A stretch of DNA of 64,000 nucleotides from Minisyncoccia bacterium. GTDB taxonomy: Bacteria > Patescibacteriota > Minisyncoccia > Phycocordibacterales > SBAW01. Numbering within the stretch: position 1 is the stretch's first letter; every line of letters starts with the position of its first letter. Where the stretch lies: positions 16,996 through 80,995 of the forward strand of contig JBEKSG010000002.1 in assembly GCA_049997855.1 (NCBI GenBank), written 5' to 3'. Position numbers and translations under genes: made by a program. A model generated the notes under the pieces. That model was not told where the DNA came from and did not search any database. It saw only the letters and a list, made by a program, of their open reading frames with translations. This document shows, piece after piece, positions 18,679 to 28,633 of the stretch.

Positions 18679-19257
18679 ATGCCCGATATACTCTCAAAAC
18701 TTTTTGGAAGCCAAGGAAGGGTCAAACTGCTCCGTCTCTTTTTATGTAATCCTAGGCAGGTGTTTACCATTGCCGAGGCTGCAGCGCGCGCGCAAATAAA
18801 AGATAAAGAGTGCCGTCGCGAGTGTTCCATGTTTAGGCACATAAAACTCATCAAGCGCACAAAGCGCAATGGTATTGTCCGCTTGAGTCTTAATGCCGAT
18901 TTTAAATATGTAGCCGCTCTCCAAAATTTGTTGCTCAATGCACCGGAGTTGGGAATCGAGCTGTACAGCCGTGTGCGCCGTGCCGGCGCGCTCAAGCTCA
19001 TTGTAGTGTGCGGTGTGTTTGTGGGCGAGTGGGATGCGCCGCTCGATGCGCTTATCGTTGGTGACAGAATCAATGAGCGCATGTTGCGCAACAAAATCCG
19101 CAGGCTCGAAGCCGAGGTGGGCAAAGAGATACGCTACGCGCTTCTCTCTTCGGAAAATTTTTTGTACCGGCTTAATATAAACGACCATTTGGTTAAAGAC
19201 GTGTTCGATTATCAGCACCGCATCGTGTACGACCGGCTTAACATTGGCCTGAAGTAG
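18679..19257 (+). CDS. conserved hypothetical protein (possible N-terminal HTH)
   Basis: 192 aa, no confident family; stop codon embedded in a 14-bp inverted repeat (19240-19253 / 19265-19278). Confidence 0.5.
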   Translation: MPDILSKLFGSQGRVKLLRLFLCNPRQVFTIAEAAARAQIKDKECRRECSMFRHIKLIKRTKRNGIVRLSLNADFKYVAALQNLLLNAPELGIELYSRVRRAGALKLIVVCGVFVGEWDAPLDALIVGDRINERMLRNKIRRLEAEVGKEIRYALLSSENFLYRLNINDHLVKDVFDYQHRIVYDRLNIGLK

Positions 19258-19408
19258 CTTGCGTTTCAGGCCAATGTTCAATATAAAAAGAGGCTTGTTT
19301 GTTGGGTTTTTGGCTATCCCCACACCTGGCTCTAGGGCTCCCAATGCCTGCTACAATTAAGGGGTCGATTACTAAACATTATTAATTGTTCTTATTTAGC
19401 GTTTATAT

Positions 19409-20098
19409 ATGGTCATTCAGACATGGGTACAGGTGCTCCAGCAGTCGTTTTACAACCTGCTGTGGGGGGTGGTCAGTTTTATTCCAAACTTTGTGTTTGC
19501 GGTCGTCATCTTTCTTATCGGCTGGTTTGTCGGGGTACTCCTCGGCCGCGTAGTCGATGAGGCGATAAAAGCAATCCGCGTCGATCATGCCTTGCGCGCC
19601 GCAGGCGTAGAGGATGTGATGCACCGCGCGGGCTACAAGCTTAACTCCGGTGCGTTTTTAGGAGCATTGGTTAAGTGGTTTGTCATCATTGTCTTTTTGA
19701 TGGCGTCGCTCCAGCTCGTGGGCCTCGCTCAGGTAACCTTCTTCCTTCAGCAGATTGTGCTCTCCTTCCTTCCGCAGGTCATCGTCGCCGTGCTGATATT
19801 GCTCGTGGCGGCGGTGGTTGCCGAGGTAGCGCAAGGGGTGGTTGCGGGAGCGGCTCGCGCCGCAGGTATCCGCTCGGCGGGTTTTGCCGGCACCGTTGCC
19901 AAGTGGGCAATCTGGGGCTTTGCAATTATCGTGGCGCTCTCACAGATTGGTATTGCAACCGCCTACTTCCAAACACTCTTTACCGGTTTGGTGGTAGCGC
20001 TCTCCTTGGCGTTTGGGTTGGCGTTTGGCCTTGGCGGCCAAGAGGCAGCCGCGCGCTTCATCGAGAAGACCCGCGAAAGCATGGGCAATCGGATGTAA
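19409..20098 (+). CDS. integral membrane protein with repeated conserved-TM-helix motifs (MscS-like accessory type)
   Basis: four or five predicted TM helices with repeated GxVVxxA-type motifs. Confidence 0.5.
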   Translation: MVIQTWVQVLQQSFYNLLWGVVSFIPNFVFAVVIFLIGWFVGVLLGRVVDEAIKAIRVDHALRAAGVEDVMHRAGYKLNSGAFLGALVKWFVIIVFLMASLQLVGLAQVTFFLQQIVLSFLPQVIVAVLILLVAAVVAEVAQGVVAGAARAAGIRSAGFAGTVAKWAIWGFAIIVALSQIGIATAYFQTLFTGLVVALSLAFGLAFGLGGQEAAARFIEKTRESMGNRM

Positions 20099-20120
20099 TT
20101 AAATTTCAAAAGTTGTTTGT

Positions 20121-20151
20121 AAAAACCGCCCTTTCAAGAAGGGGCGGTTTT
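20121..20151 (+). terminator. rho-independent terminator
   Basis: AAAACCGCCCT-ttcaaga-AGGGGCGGTTTT. Confidence 0.6.
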
Positions 20152-20189
20152 GTGTTAGTCTCAAATCAGAATGTTTTTGGGAGGGGTTT

Positions 20190-20459
20190 ATGAACGGCGA
20201 AAAACAAACTTGGGACGGCTTCATCCTTTTGGGGACTTTCTCCAAAGGCTCTCAACTTCCTCGTGTGCCGGAAGGATTCATACGACTTGTTGCTCACGAA
20301 TACGAAGGTCCTGTCTACTTCAGAGACTTCAGCATGTACAATCTCGATGATGCTCTAGCAGTCGGCAACACGCTCCGCGATGAGACCTCCTTCTCTATCG
20401 TGGATGAAGATGGGAACTTTCTCTACCGAAAAATAAGTGCTCCGCGAAGACATTCCTGA
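20190..20459 (+). CDS. hypothetical small protein (89 aa), monocistronic
   Basis: GGGAGGGG 4 nt upstream of the ATG; bracketed by terminators. Confidence 0.45.
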   Translation: MNGEKQTWDGFILLGTFSKGSQLPRVPEGFIRLVAHEYEGPVYFRDFSMYNLDDALAVGNTLRDETSFSIVDEDGNFLYRKISAPRRHS

Positions 20460-20485
20460 CCGCCCCCAAGGGCGGCCTTTTTTTG
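20460..20485 (+). terminator. rho-independent terminator (CCGCCC-ccaa-GGGCGG + T7)
   Basis: seen directly. Confidence 0.6.
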
Positions 20486-20666
20486 TGTTTTTTATTAGGA
20501 AGTTTTTATCTTTTTGGAACAGAAAATGCCGCCCTTGCGAGCGGCACCTTCTTTTTCATCCTTTAGATTCGATACTACAGACCGAGACTCGTCGCTTGCT
20601 AGTATAGCAAATGACCCGACCTAGTCAATAGACGTCTGTGGGCGCCTAAAAACCCTTATATTTGAA

Positions 20667-20733
20667 GCCGATAGAGGGGATCGAACCCTCAGACCGAAAG
20701 TGACGAGTCTCGGTCCGTACCCAGACTATCGGC
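20667..20733 (-). ncRNA. tRNA-like element lacking a D-arm (possible tRNA remnant or structured RNA)
   Basis: minus-strand RNA GCCGATA..[8-bp stem/8-nt loop]..GAGGG-TTCGATC-CCCTC-TATCGGC: 7-bp acceptor-like stem and canonical T-arm with TTCGATC loop, but only 67 nt and no D-arm. Confidence 0.25.
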
Positions 20734-20771
20734 TGCCCAGCACTATAGACGAGGGGTACATGGAGCACAAG

Positions 20772-20800
20772 TTGACATGATATATGCACTCCTATATACT
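20772..20800 (+). promoter_or_regulatory. near-consensus sigma-70 promoter (TTGACA-17-TATACT), candidate 23S-5S rRNA promoter
   Basis: about 290 nt upstream of the 23S 5' end; same -10 hexamer as the 16S promoter. Confidence 0.5.
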
Positions 20801-20870
20801 CCCTTGTACAGATATGTTAATAACTAATCAGCTACACATGCGCGGATAGAGCGACTTTGATGTTGCCCTG

Positions 20871-20894
20871 TCCCGCCTTAAAGCGGGATTTTTT
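20871..20894 (+). terminator. terminator-like hairpin in the 23S leader (TCCCGC-cttaaa-GCGGGA + T6), followed by boxA-like TCTTTGACAA at 20934-20943
   Basis: hairpin plus T-run about 65 nt downstream of the promoter; boxA-like antitermination motif 40 nt further on. Confidence 0.4.
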
Positions 20895-21642
20895 ATTGCC
20901 AAATATCTGAGGAGTTCGCAAGAAAATATTTGGTCTTTGACAACTAAATCTCATCACACAACCGCTTTCCAAAGCGGGTCTTTTCGAGGATGTGGAGATG
21001 AACAAAAAATCAAAAAAACAACAAATTATTGCGGTTCTCAAGTTTCTTCTCTCTCAACACAAACCCGCCGTTATGGCGGGCAAAAGGGAGGAAACAAATA
21101 AGGGTGTATGGTGGATGCCTAGGATTTGAAAGGCGATGAAGGACGCGGTGTGGCGGCGATACGCTTCGGGGAGGTGCCAAGCAACCTTTGATCCGGAGAT
21201 TTCCGAATGAGGAAACTCGTTAGATAGAAATATCTATCATTCCCGCTTTGCGGGAGAGCATACCCAGGGAAGTGAAACATCTCAGTACCTGGAGGAAAAG
21301 AGACTAATAAGTATTTCGTTAGTAGCGGCGAGCGAACGCGAAAAAGCCCAAACTCGAGAATAGTATCCGGTCTTTAAGGTTAAACCTTAAGGAGCGATTC
21401 CCAAGGTTTAACCTTGGCCTGGATATTATTCTAGGGGGTTGTAAGGCAGTTATGTCCACTTCGAGTGGAAAGAAGTTACAAATTGCGCGGTTAGCCGAAT
21501 CTGCTGGAAAGCAGAGTCCCAGACGGTGAAAGCCCGGTAGGCGAAAACTTCGCAACTTCTTAATTGTCCTTGAGTAACTCAAGACACGTATGGCTTGAGC
21601 GAATGTGCCGGAACTAACCGGTAAGGCTACATACTTTCAAAT

Positions 21643-21687
<45 letters not shown>

Positions 21688-23145
21688 GGCGAGGGGAGTG
21701 AAATAGATCTGAAACCATATATCTACAAAGAGTTGAAGAGGTTGCAATACCTCGACAGCGTGCCTATTGAAGAATGAGCCTGCGAGTTTATGTATGCTGC
21801 GCATGACTAAGGAGGATAACTCTGGAGTCGAAGGGAAACCGAGTGTGAACAGCGCGTTTGTAGCATGCATAAGACCCGAAGCAAGGTGAGCTTGCCATGA
21901 GCAGGGTGAAGGTGTGAGAAATCACACTGGAGGCCCGAACCCTTTTGCCGTTCAAAACATTGGGATGACTTGTGGTAAGGAGTGAAAAGCTAATCGAACC
22001 TTGTAATAGCTGGTTCTCTCTGAAACAGCTTTTGGGCTGGCGTCGTATCGATTGGCAGACGGGGGTAGAGCACTGGAAGGATTGGACAGGGAGCAATCTC
22101 GCTAATCCTATCAAACTCCGAATACCGTTTGCGTTATACGGCAGTTAGTACGTGGGGGCTAAGCTCCACCGTACAAAAGGAGAAGAGTCCTTGATCTCCA
22201 GTTAAGGTCCCAAAATCTACGTTAAGTGCATCACAAGGAGGTGGAGTTTCATAGACAATGAGGATGTTGGCTTAGAAGCAGCCATCATTGAAAGAAAGCG
22301 TAACAGCTCACTCATCGAGAGATTCTGCGCCGAAGATAATCGGGGCTAAACGTAGTACCGAAACTGAGGGCTTGTGTCCCGTTCGCGGGATGTAAGCGGT
22401 AAGAGAGTATTCCACTCTGCAATGAAGCTAAAGGGGTGACCCATAGTGGAGCGTGTGGAAGTAAGAATGCAGGCACAAGTAACCGCAATGCGGGTGAGAT
22501 CCCCGCACGTCGAAAGCACAAGGTTTCCTTGGCGATGGTGATCAGCCAAGGGTTAGTCGGGCCTAAACGTATGGAGAAATCCGGACGCGATGGACATAGG
22601 GTTAATATTCCCTAACCGGCCTATAGGTGATGGAGTAACGGAGGAAATAAATTGGCGGGTCTTATTGGATTGACCTCTGCTTTTTAAGATGTGTGTTCCA
22701 GGAAAATCCGGAGCACTGCTTTACATAGCAGCATCGCGAAAGTGGAGCATCCCGAGGTTTCGACTTCGGGAGATGCCAGTGAAGAGCCTTCCGAGAAAAA
22801 CTTCTAAACATAACTATAGGTACGACCGTACCGCAAACCGACACAGGTGTGCAGCTCGAGTAGAGCAAGACGAACGAGTGAGTGTGCTCCAAGGAACTCG
22901 GCAAATAAGCGGCCGTACCTTCGGAATAAGGCCTGCCTCTATTTATTTAGAGGCCGCAGCGAAAGTTTCCCTGGCGACTGTTTACCAAAAACACAGCTCC
23001 CTGCGAACTCGTAAGAGGATGTATAGGGGGTGACACTTGACCAATGCCAGAAGGTCAAATGCGGTCGGTGTGCTATAGCAATATAGTATGCTGGCACTGC
23101 ATAAGCCCTGGTGAATGTCGGCGATAACTATAATCGTCCTAAGGT

Positions 23146-23352
23146 TCGCAACATTTTTCATAATATGTCAAGCGTTGCGAAGGACTGGGACGATTACAGA
23201 ATCGGGTAAATAGCGAAAATTACACAAAAGCTACTTCTCTGTGCAGGAATGCGCAGGATGGTCCTATAAAAAATTACGCGGCTCATATGAGAGGCCATAC
23301 GCCGCGATTCCAGAACGGAATAAGATATGGTCCAGGTTTCAAGGAATGCCCG
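23146..23352 (+). other. putative short intervening sequence (ORF-less, about 207 nt) after CCUAAGGU in domain IV
   Basis: conserved exon CCTAAGGT ends at 23145 and the conserved exon sequence AGCGAAATTCCTTGTC.GGTAA resumes at 23353-23374. Confidence 0.3.
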
Positions 23353-23374
23353 AGCGAAATTCCTTGTCTGGTAA

Positions 23375-24117
23375 TTGAATTGCCAGCTTCGGGGGCGACC
23401 CCGATGACAAATCCGGCTTATAACGGTGAAGCCCAACTCAAAAGGAGGGGTAATACCGTGGGAAGTCGTGCTGAGAGAAATCAAAGCATTGACCCCGTAA
23501 CGACTTGTGCGCTGCTAGCCAGTGGCGCACAGATAACCTAGGTAGTACAATTATTGTATGAACGGTTATAACACGCCGGCTCTCAAAAGAGATCTAGCAA
23601 ATTATTTTTCAGGTTATGTTGATGGCGAAGGATGTTTTTCGGTCTCGTTTTCTAAACGGCCGAAGCTCCTCGTCGGGTGGGAAGTAAAACCAAGCTTTTG
23701 TGTCGGTCAAAATTATGACCGGCGCGAGGTCTTGGACTTAATGCATCAATACTTCGGTTGCGGGCACATACGCCGCGACTGGGGCGACAGAACGCTCAAG
23801 TATGAGGTTCGAAAACTGGATGACCTTCTAAACAAAGTGATTCCGCATTTTGAAAAATTCCCAATAAAATCAGCAAAGCAAAAAGATTTTCTACGTTTTG
23901 CGGAAATCTGTGTAAAAATAAAAAAGTTAGAGCATCGTAAAGTTGCGACATTGCGCAAAATCATGCGCGGTGCGTATACGATGAATGGATCAGGTAAGCG
24001 GAAACGCCCGCTTGAAACATTACTCAAATCTCTTGAGAAGAAGATATAGTCTAATGCCCGCAGTAATGCGGGGAAGGAGATTCTACACGCGCAAGTAGGA
24101 CAATCAAACTCAAATGA
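23375..24117 (+). mobile_element. group I intron (boundaries approximate) carrying a LAGLIDADG homing endonuclease gene
   Basis: insertion between exon GGTAA and exon GTTCAGACGCGCACGAAT (E. coli GGGUAA/GUUCCGACCUGCACGAAUGG region). Confidence 0.55.
23558..24049 (+). CDS. LAGLIDADG homing endonuclease (intron-encoded)
   Basis: motif FSGYVDGEGCFSV; FGCGHI; inside the 23S intron. Confidence 0.8.
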   Translation: MNGYNTPALKRDLANYFSGYVDGEGCFSVSFSKRPKLLVGWEVKPSFCVGQNYDRREVLDLMHQYFGCGHIRRDWGDRTLKYEVRKLDDLLNKVIPHFEKFPIKSAKQKDFLRFAEICVKIKKLEHRKVATLRKIMRGAYTMNGSGKRKRPLETLLKSLEKKI

Positions 24118-24704
24118 AGTTCAGACGCGCACGAATAGTGTAACGACTGGGGAACTGTCTCGGAGCACAGCTCGGTGAAAATACAGTACCGGTGAAGATG
24201 CCGGTTACCTGCAGATAGACGAAAAGACCCCAGAAGCTTTACTGCAGCTTGATATTGCGTATACGATTGTGTTGCGTAGCATAGGTGGGAGAGGTTTGAT
24301 GGTTACGGTTTTGGCTGTGATCTACTCAACAGTGAAATACCACTCTACATTGTTGTATGCGCTAACCTCTCGGGCAAAACCCGGGAGAGACAGTATCTGG
24401 TGGGCAGTTTTAGTGGGGCGCTATCCTCCTAAAAAGTAACGGAGGAGTGTATTAAGGTCCTCTAGGCGCGAATGGAAACCGTGCCGATAGCGCAATGGCA
24501 AAAGAGGGCTTGACTGCAAGGCGTGAGTGCCGAGCAGGTGCGAAAGCAGACCATAGTGAACCGACCATCCGTGTTAGAAGCGGTGGAAGATTATCTGATA
24601 AAAGCTACTCTGGGGATAACAGGCTAGTTCCGCCTAAGCGTCCATAGCGACGGCGGAGTTCGGCACCTCGATGTCGGCTCATCACATCCCGGGGGTGAAG
24701 AAGC

Positions 24705-24735
<31 letters not shown>

Positions 24736-24761
24736 TGATACGCGAGCTGGGTTCAGACCGT

Positions 24762-26085
24762 TCAGCATCTCAAATCAAGGCCGGGCCTTGATGCTTGGGG
24801 AGTTGGACCGTCTGAACCGTCAAGAGAAAAGAAAACTGTTTAAAATGTTTCGTTTAATCTGAATATATAAAGAGAAAGAGAAGTAGAACTAACCAATCAC
24901 GGCGGTCGTACTTCTGCGCATTACGCATCAGTACGAAGAAGCTGACTGATATCGGAAAAATCCCAACCGGGACAATTCCGAGGGAAACATAGTGAATTTC
25001 AGAGAGAGTCGACACTCTCTGTTCTTTCCGGTCAATTCCAAGGCGGAGTTATGCTCCACAAGGTGGAATTGAGGGAACCTTCATTTGCTGAAGCGGCGTT
25101 GCTGTTTCAGTATCTAGAACCCCTGGGTAGTCACCAAGAAAGACTACCCCCGACCCTTCATTGGCTGGAATTTTTTCCAAATTCCAGCTCTCTCTGAAAT
25201 TCATTATGTACCCGTAGAGACTAATTGTTAGCCTTCCAAAATTTTTGGAAGAAGTTATAGTCCGTTCCCGCGAGTAATTGCGGTGTTGCTAGTGGCTAAA
25301 CCCTAATCACTAGTGGCTACAAAAAAGCGTGAGACAGGTTGGTCTCCTATCTACTGCAGGCGTCGATTATTGAGAAGATTTGCTCCTAGTAAGAAATTGC
25401 TACTTCAGAAAGAAATTTCTGATGACAACGCAGCTTATAACGGTGGAGTCGTCTATCGCGTTCTAGTTTGAGAGTTAGTATCTGCTCTAGTCCAGTGAAT
25501 ATATAACTTGCTTGAGGACCAGAAAATCGATACGATAATACCGTGGGAAGTCGATCAAATACAGACTTAGCGTACATTGCAGGGTTTCTTGACGGCGATG
25601 GTAGCTTAATGCTTCAGATAAAGAAGCGTAAAGATGGAAAGATAAAATTCCGTTTTATGGCGACCATTTGTTTTTATCAAGACACTCGGCACGAAAAAAC
25701 ATTGTACTGGATTAAAGAAGTTTTAGGCATTGGGTATATCTCGCGCAGATCAGACGGCATGTCCGAGTTGCGAATAAATGGATATATGCAAGTCAAAGGC
25801 ATTCTCAAAAAACTCTTACCCTATATTAAATTTAAAGCTATACAAGCTAGGAGTTTGATACAGGCAACAGAAGTGTTATCCAGTATAAAGTTTAGTATGT
25901 TAGAAAAGAAACAACTGCTTTTGTTGGTGAAACTCACGCTCATTATGCAGCAAGAGAATTACGTCACAAAAAAGAAAAAGACAAAAGAGGAATTGTTTTC
26001 TGTGCTTGGTTTGACCCCGTAACGACTTGAGTTGAAAGACACTCGGACTTATATGACGGCGAATCGCTCCTTTGAGAGCGACGGC
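24762..26085 (+). mobile_element. group I intron near the 23S domain V I-CreI-type site, carrying a LAGLIDADG gene (3' boundary approximate)
   Basis: exon GCGAGCTGGGTTCAGACCGT breaks at about 24762; exon homology resumes before the sarcin-ricin loop. Confidence 0.5.
25543..26022 (+). CDS. LAGLIDADG homing endonuclease (intron-encoded, GTG start per ORF track)
   Basis: motif LAYIAGFLDGDGSL. Confidence 0.75.
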   Translation: MGSRSNTDLAYIAGFLDGDGSLMLQIKKRKDGKIKFRFMATICFYQDTRHEKTLYWIKEVLGIGYISRRSDGMSELRINGYMQVKGILKKLLPYIKFKAIQARSLIQATEVLSSIKFSMLEKKQLLLLVKLTLIMQQENYVTKKKKTKEELFSVLGLTP

Positions 26086-26249
26086 TCATATAGGTAACAT
26101 GCTGCCGTCCTCCTTCGATTTGAAGAGGATGAAGATATAGTCTGCACTCCTGGAAACAGGGGGCATCGCGACGAGAGGACCGGAGTGAACGAACCACTGG
26201 TCTATGAGCTGTCCTGCCAAGGGCATTGCTCAGTAGCTATGTTCGGATT

Positions 26250-26282
<33 letters not shown>

Positions 26283-26548
26283 GACTTCAAGATGAGTAAT
26301 CATTAAGATCCGTGAGAGATGATCACGTTGATAGGCTTTAGATGTAAGCGCAGTAACGCGTTGAGTCGAGAAGTACTAATTGATCAAGTTTTTCCTTCGC
26401 TTGTAGCGAGGGAGAGGGACTTGAGAGTCGCAATAATTTGTTGTCGTAACTTTCGGTTTTTAACCGATTGCGAAGATACCGAGGCCAACAGGCCGAGGTA
26501 TATATGTTTTTAATTTTATTTCTCTGAAAGATTTTTTTAGACGTTCTA

Positions 26549-26664
26549 CTCTGGTGGTTCAACGGCGGGGCCACACCCGTTCTCATTCCGAACACGGAAG
26601 TTAAGTCCGCTAGTGGCGATGGTAGTCTCCTTAATCGGGAGGCAAGAGTAGCTAACCGCCAGAG
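26549..26664 (+). rRNA. rrf: 5S rRNA
   Basis: CCGAACACGGAAGTTAAG loop C/helix III region; terminal helix CTCTGGTGG / CCGCCAGAG. Confidence 0.85.
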
Positions 26665-26680
26665 TAAAGCGCCTAAAAAG

Positions 26681-26708
26681 AAAAACCCCGCCTAATGCGG
26701 GTTTTTTC
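26681..26708 (+). terminator. rho-independent terminator after 5S (AAAAACCCCGC-ctaat-GCGGG + T6)
   Basis: near-identical in design to the terminator after rplL. Confidence 0.7.
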
Positions 26709-26729
26709 TTTTGCGTTACAATAAGTATC

Positions 26730-27491
26730 ATGGCGCTAACGTGGAGCGGGCGGAGGCAGTTACTGTATTACGGCGTCGGGATTATCGTCCTTGCCGCCTT
26801 GGGTGCGCTACTGTGGGTTATATTTTTTAACGTGCAGCCCACGTGTTTTGACGGCAAGCAAGACGGCGGCGAGCTTGGGGTCGACTGCGGCGGCCCATGC
26901 GCACTGTTGTGCGCCGACACCGCGCATGCTCCCGTTTTGCTTTGGGCGCGCGCATTTCAAACCGGCCCGGCCTCATACACCGCTGCGGCGTATATCCAAA
27001 ACAACAACATAGGCGCAGGTGCAAAGAATGTGGCATACTCCTTCCAGCTTTTTGACGCTAACAATAATCTTGTCGTTGAGCGCGACGGGATAATCGACTT
27101 GCCGCCGATCACCACTATCCCGATTATCGAGCCCAACATCATGGTCGGTAATCGTACGGTTGCGCACGTACAATTTGCTTTTAGCAATACACCTCCCGCT
27201 GTCTGGAGCAAGGTGCCGGCAAGCAGCATCCCAACTTTGAGCATCGCCGAGCAAAACCTCAATACTGATGCCTCGCAGCTCGGTGCCACAGTGGTAAATG
27301 ACACGCTGAGTGACGCACAAAACATCACCGTGGCAGCAGTGTTGTTTGATAATCAGGGAGTGGCGCGCGCCGCGAGCAGAAGTCTCATTGTCGATATCCC
27401 CGCCAAATCATCGGTGCCTGTCGTATTTACCTGGCAGGGCGGCGTGCCCAACATTGTCCGTGCCGAGATAACCATACTCCCATCTTTCTGA
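26730..27491 (+). CDS. hypothetical membrane-anchored protein, translationally coupled to the SEDS gene
   Basis: N-terminal TM helix; stop overlaps the next start (TGATG). Confidence 0.5.
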   Translation: MALTWSGRRQLLYYGVGIIVLAALGALLWVIFFNVQPTCFDGKQDGGELGVDCGGPCALLCADTAHAPVLLWARAFQTGPASYTAAAYIQNNNIGAGAKNVAYSFQLFDANNNLVVERDGIIDLPPITTIPIIEPNIMVGNRTVAHVQFAFSNTPPAVWSKVPASSIPTLSIAEQNLNTDASQLGATVVNDTLSDAQNITVAAVLFDNQGVARAASRSLIVDIPAKSSVPVVFTWQGGVPNIVRAEITILPSF

Positions 27492-28633
27492 TGTCTCCTC
27501 TGCCGCTACATACCAAAACAAGCCACATCGATTGGATAACGCTCGGCGCCGCGCTGACACTTTCGTTGCTCGGGCTTCTTACTATGGACTCGTTTGCGAG
27601 CCCCAATCCTTTTTTTGGAAAGCAATTGGTGTGGATAGGCATCTCGGTGCTTGTTTTTTTTGGCGCAAGCGCGGTCGACTGGCGCTTTTTGCGCCGCCCG
27701 GCCGTTGCCGCAAGTATATTTGGCGTGCTCATCGTGCCGCTGCTCGGGCTTATTGTGCTCGGACATGCGGTAAAAGGGGCCAAAAGCTGGTTTACGTTCG
27801 GGAGCCTCGGCTTTGAGCCGGTAGAGTTTGTAAAACTCGCGCTCATCATTGCACTTGCAAAATATTTTTCGAGACGGCACACCGAAATACGCAACATACG
27901 TCACATCTTCGTGTCTGGAGTCTATGCAGCTATCGTATTTATATTGGTAGCGCTCCAGCCTGACTTTGGCGGCGCAATCATCATTTTTTTTATCTGGCTC
28001 GGCATGGTGCTGGTCTCCGGTATTTCATATAAGCATTTAGGTGCCGTACTTGGCATCGGTCTCGTAGTGTTTTGTGGGTTGTGGTTTTTTGGCTTCCACG
28101 ATTATCAAAAACAGCGCATCATTACCTTTCTCAACCCCACTGCTAATATCCAGGGCGCCGGTTACAACGCCTATCAATCAACCATTGCCGTGGGCTCCGG
28201 AGAGCTGTTGGGCAAGGGCATTGGCTACGGCACGCAAAGCAAGTTGCGCTTTTTGCCCGAGTATCAGACCGATTTTATTTTTGCGGCGTTTGCCGAAGAG
28301 TGGGGATTTGTTGGCGTCCTGTTTGTGTTTGCGCTTTTTGGAGTTATTTTTTGGCGTATTGCGCAAGCGGCAGAGCGTGGCGCGACCAATTTTGAGATGC
28401 TCTTTGCGCTCGGCGTGCTGTTTTATTTCTTTGCGCACTTTTTACTCCACGTGGGCATCAACCTCGGCGTCTTGCCGGTTACCGGCACTACCATACCGTT
28501 TATGAGCTACGGCGGCTCGCACCTCTTGGCGGAGTATCTGGCACTTGGTGTGCTTAGCGGCATGAACGCCTACTCGCGCGCGACGCATCCCGATTTGCTC
28601 AAGCGCGAGTTTGAAGGCGGTTACGATATGTAG
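27491..28633 (+). CDS. SEDS-family peptidoglycan glycosyltransferase (RodA/FtsW/SpoVE)
   Basis: about 10 TM helices; motifs PVEFVKLALII, YQTDFIFAAFAEEWGF, MSYGGSHLL. Confidence 0.85.
   Translation: MSPLPLHTKTSHIDWITLGAALTLSLLGLLTMDSFASPNPFFGKQLVWIGISVLVFFGASAVDWRFLRRPAVAASIFGVLIVPLLGLIVLGHAVKGAKSWFTFGSLGFEPVEFVKLALIIALAKYFSRRHTEIRNIRHIFVSGVYAAIVFILVALQPDFGGAIIIFFIWLGMVLVSGISYKHLGAVLGIGLVVFCGLWFFGFHDYQKQRIITFLNPTANIQGAGYNAYQSTIAVGSGELLGKGIGYGTQSKLRFLPEYQTDFIFAAFAEEWGFVGVLFVFALFGVIFWRIAQAAERGATNFEMLFALGVLFYFFAHFLLHVGINLGVLPVTGTTIPFMSYGGSHLLAEYLALGVLSGMNAYSRATHPDLLKREFEGGYDM

Noticed and set aside
20460-21088. tmRNA, RNase P RNA or SRP RNA in the 630 nt gap before 23S
   Set aside because: No GGAAAGTCCGG-type RNase P core, no tmRNA tag reading frame or CCA-proximal acceptor/T-arm pair on the plus strand, and the tRNA-like piece is too short. 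Only the armless tRNA-like element and the promoter/leader are reported.
23146-24117. Single-intron model for the first 23S insertion (one intron of about 970 nt after CCUAAGGU)
   Set aside because: It would delete the universally conserved AGCGAAAUUCCUUGUCGGGUAA segment from the mature rRNA. A 22-nt near-perfect copy of that segment sits at 23353-23374, favouring two separate insertions. Boundaries remain approximate.
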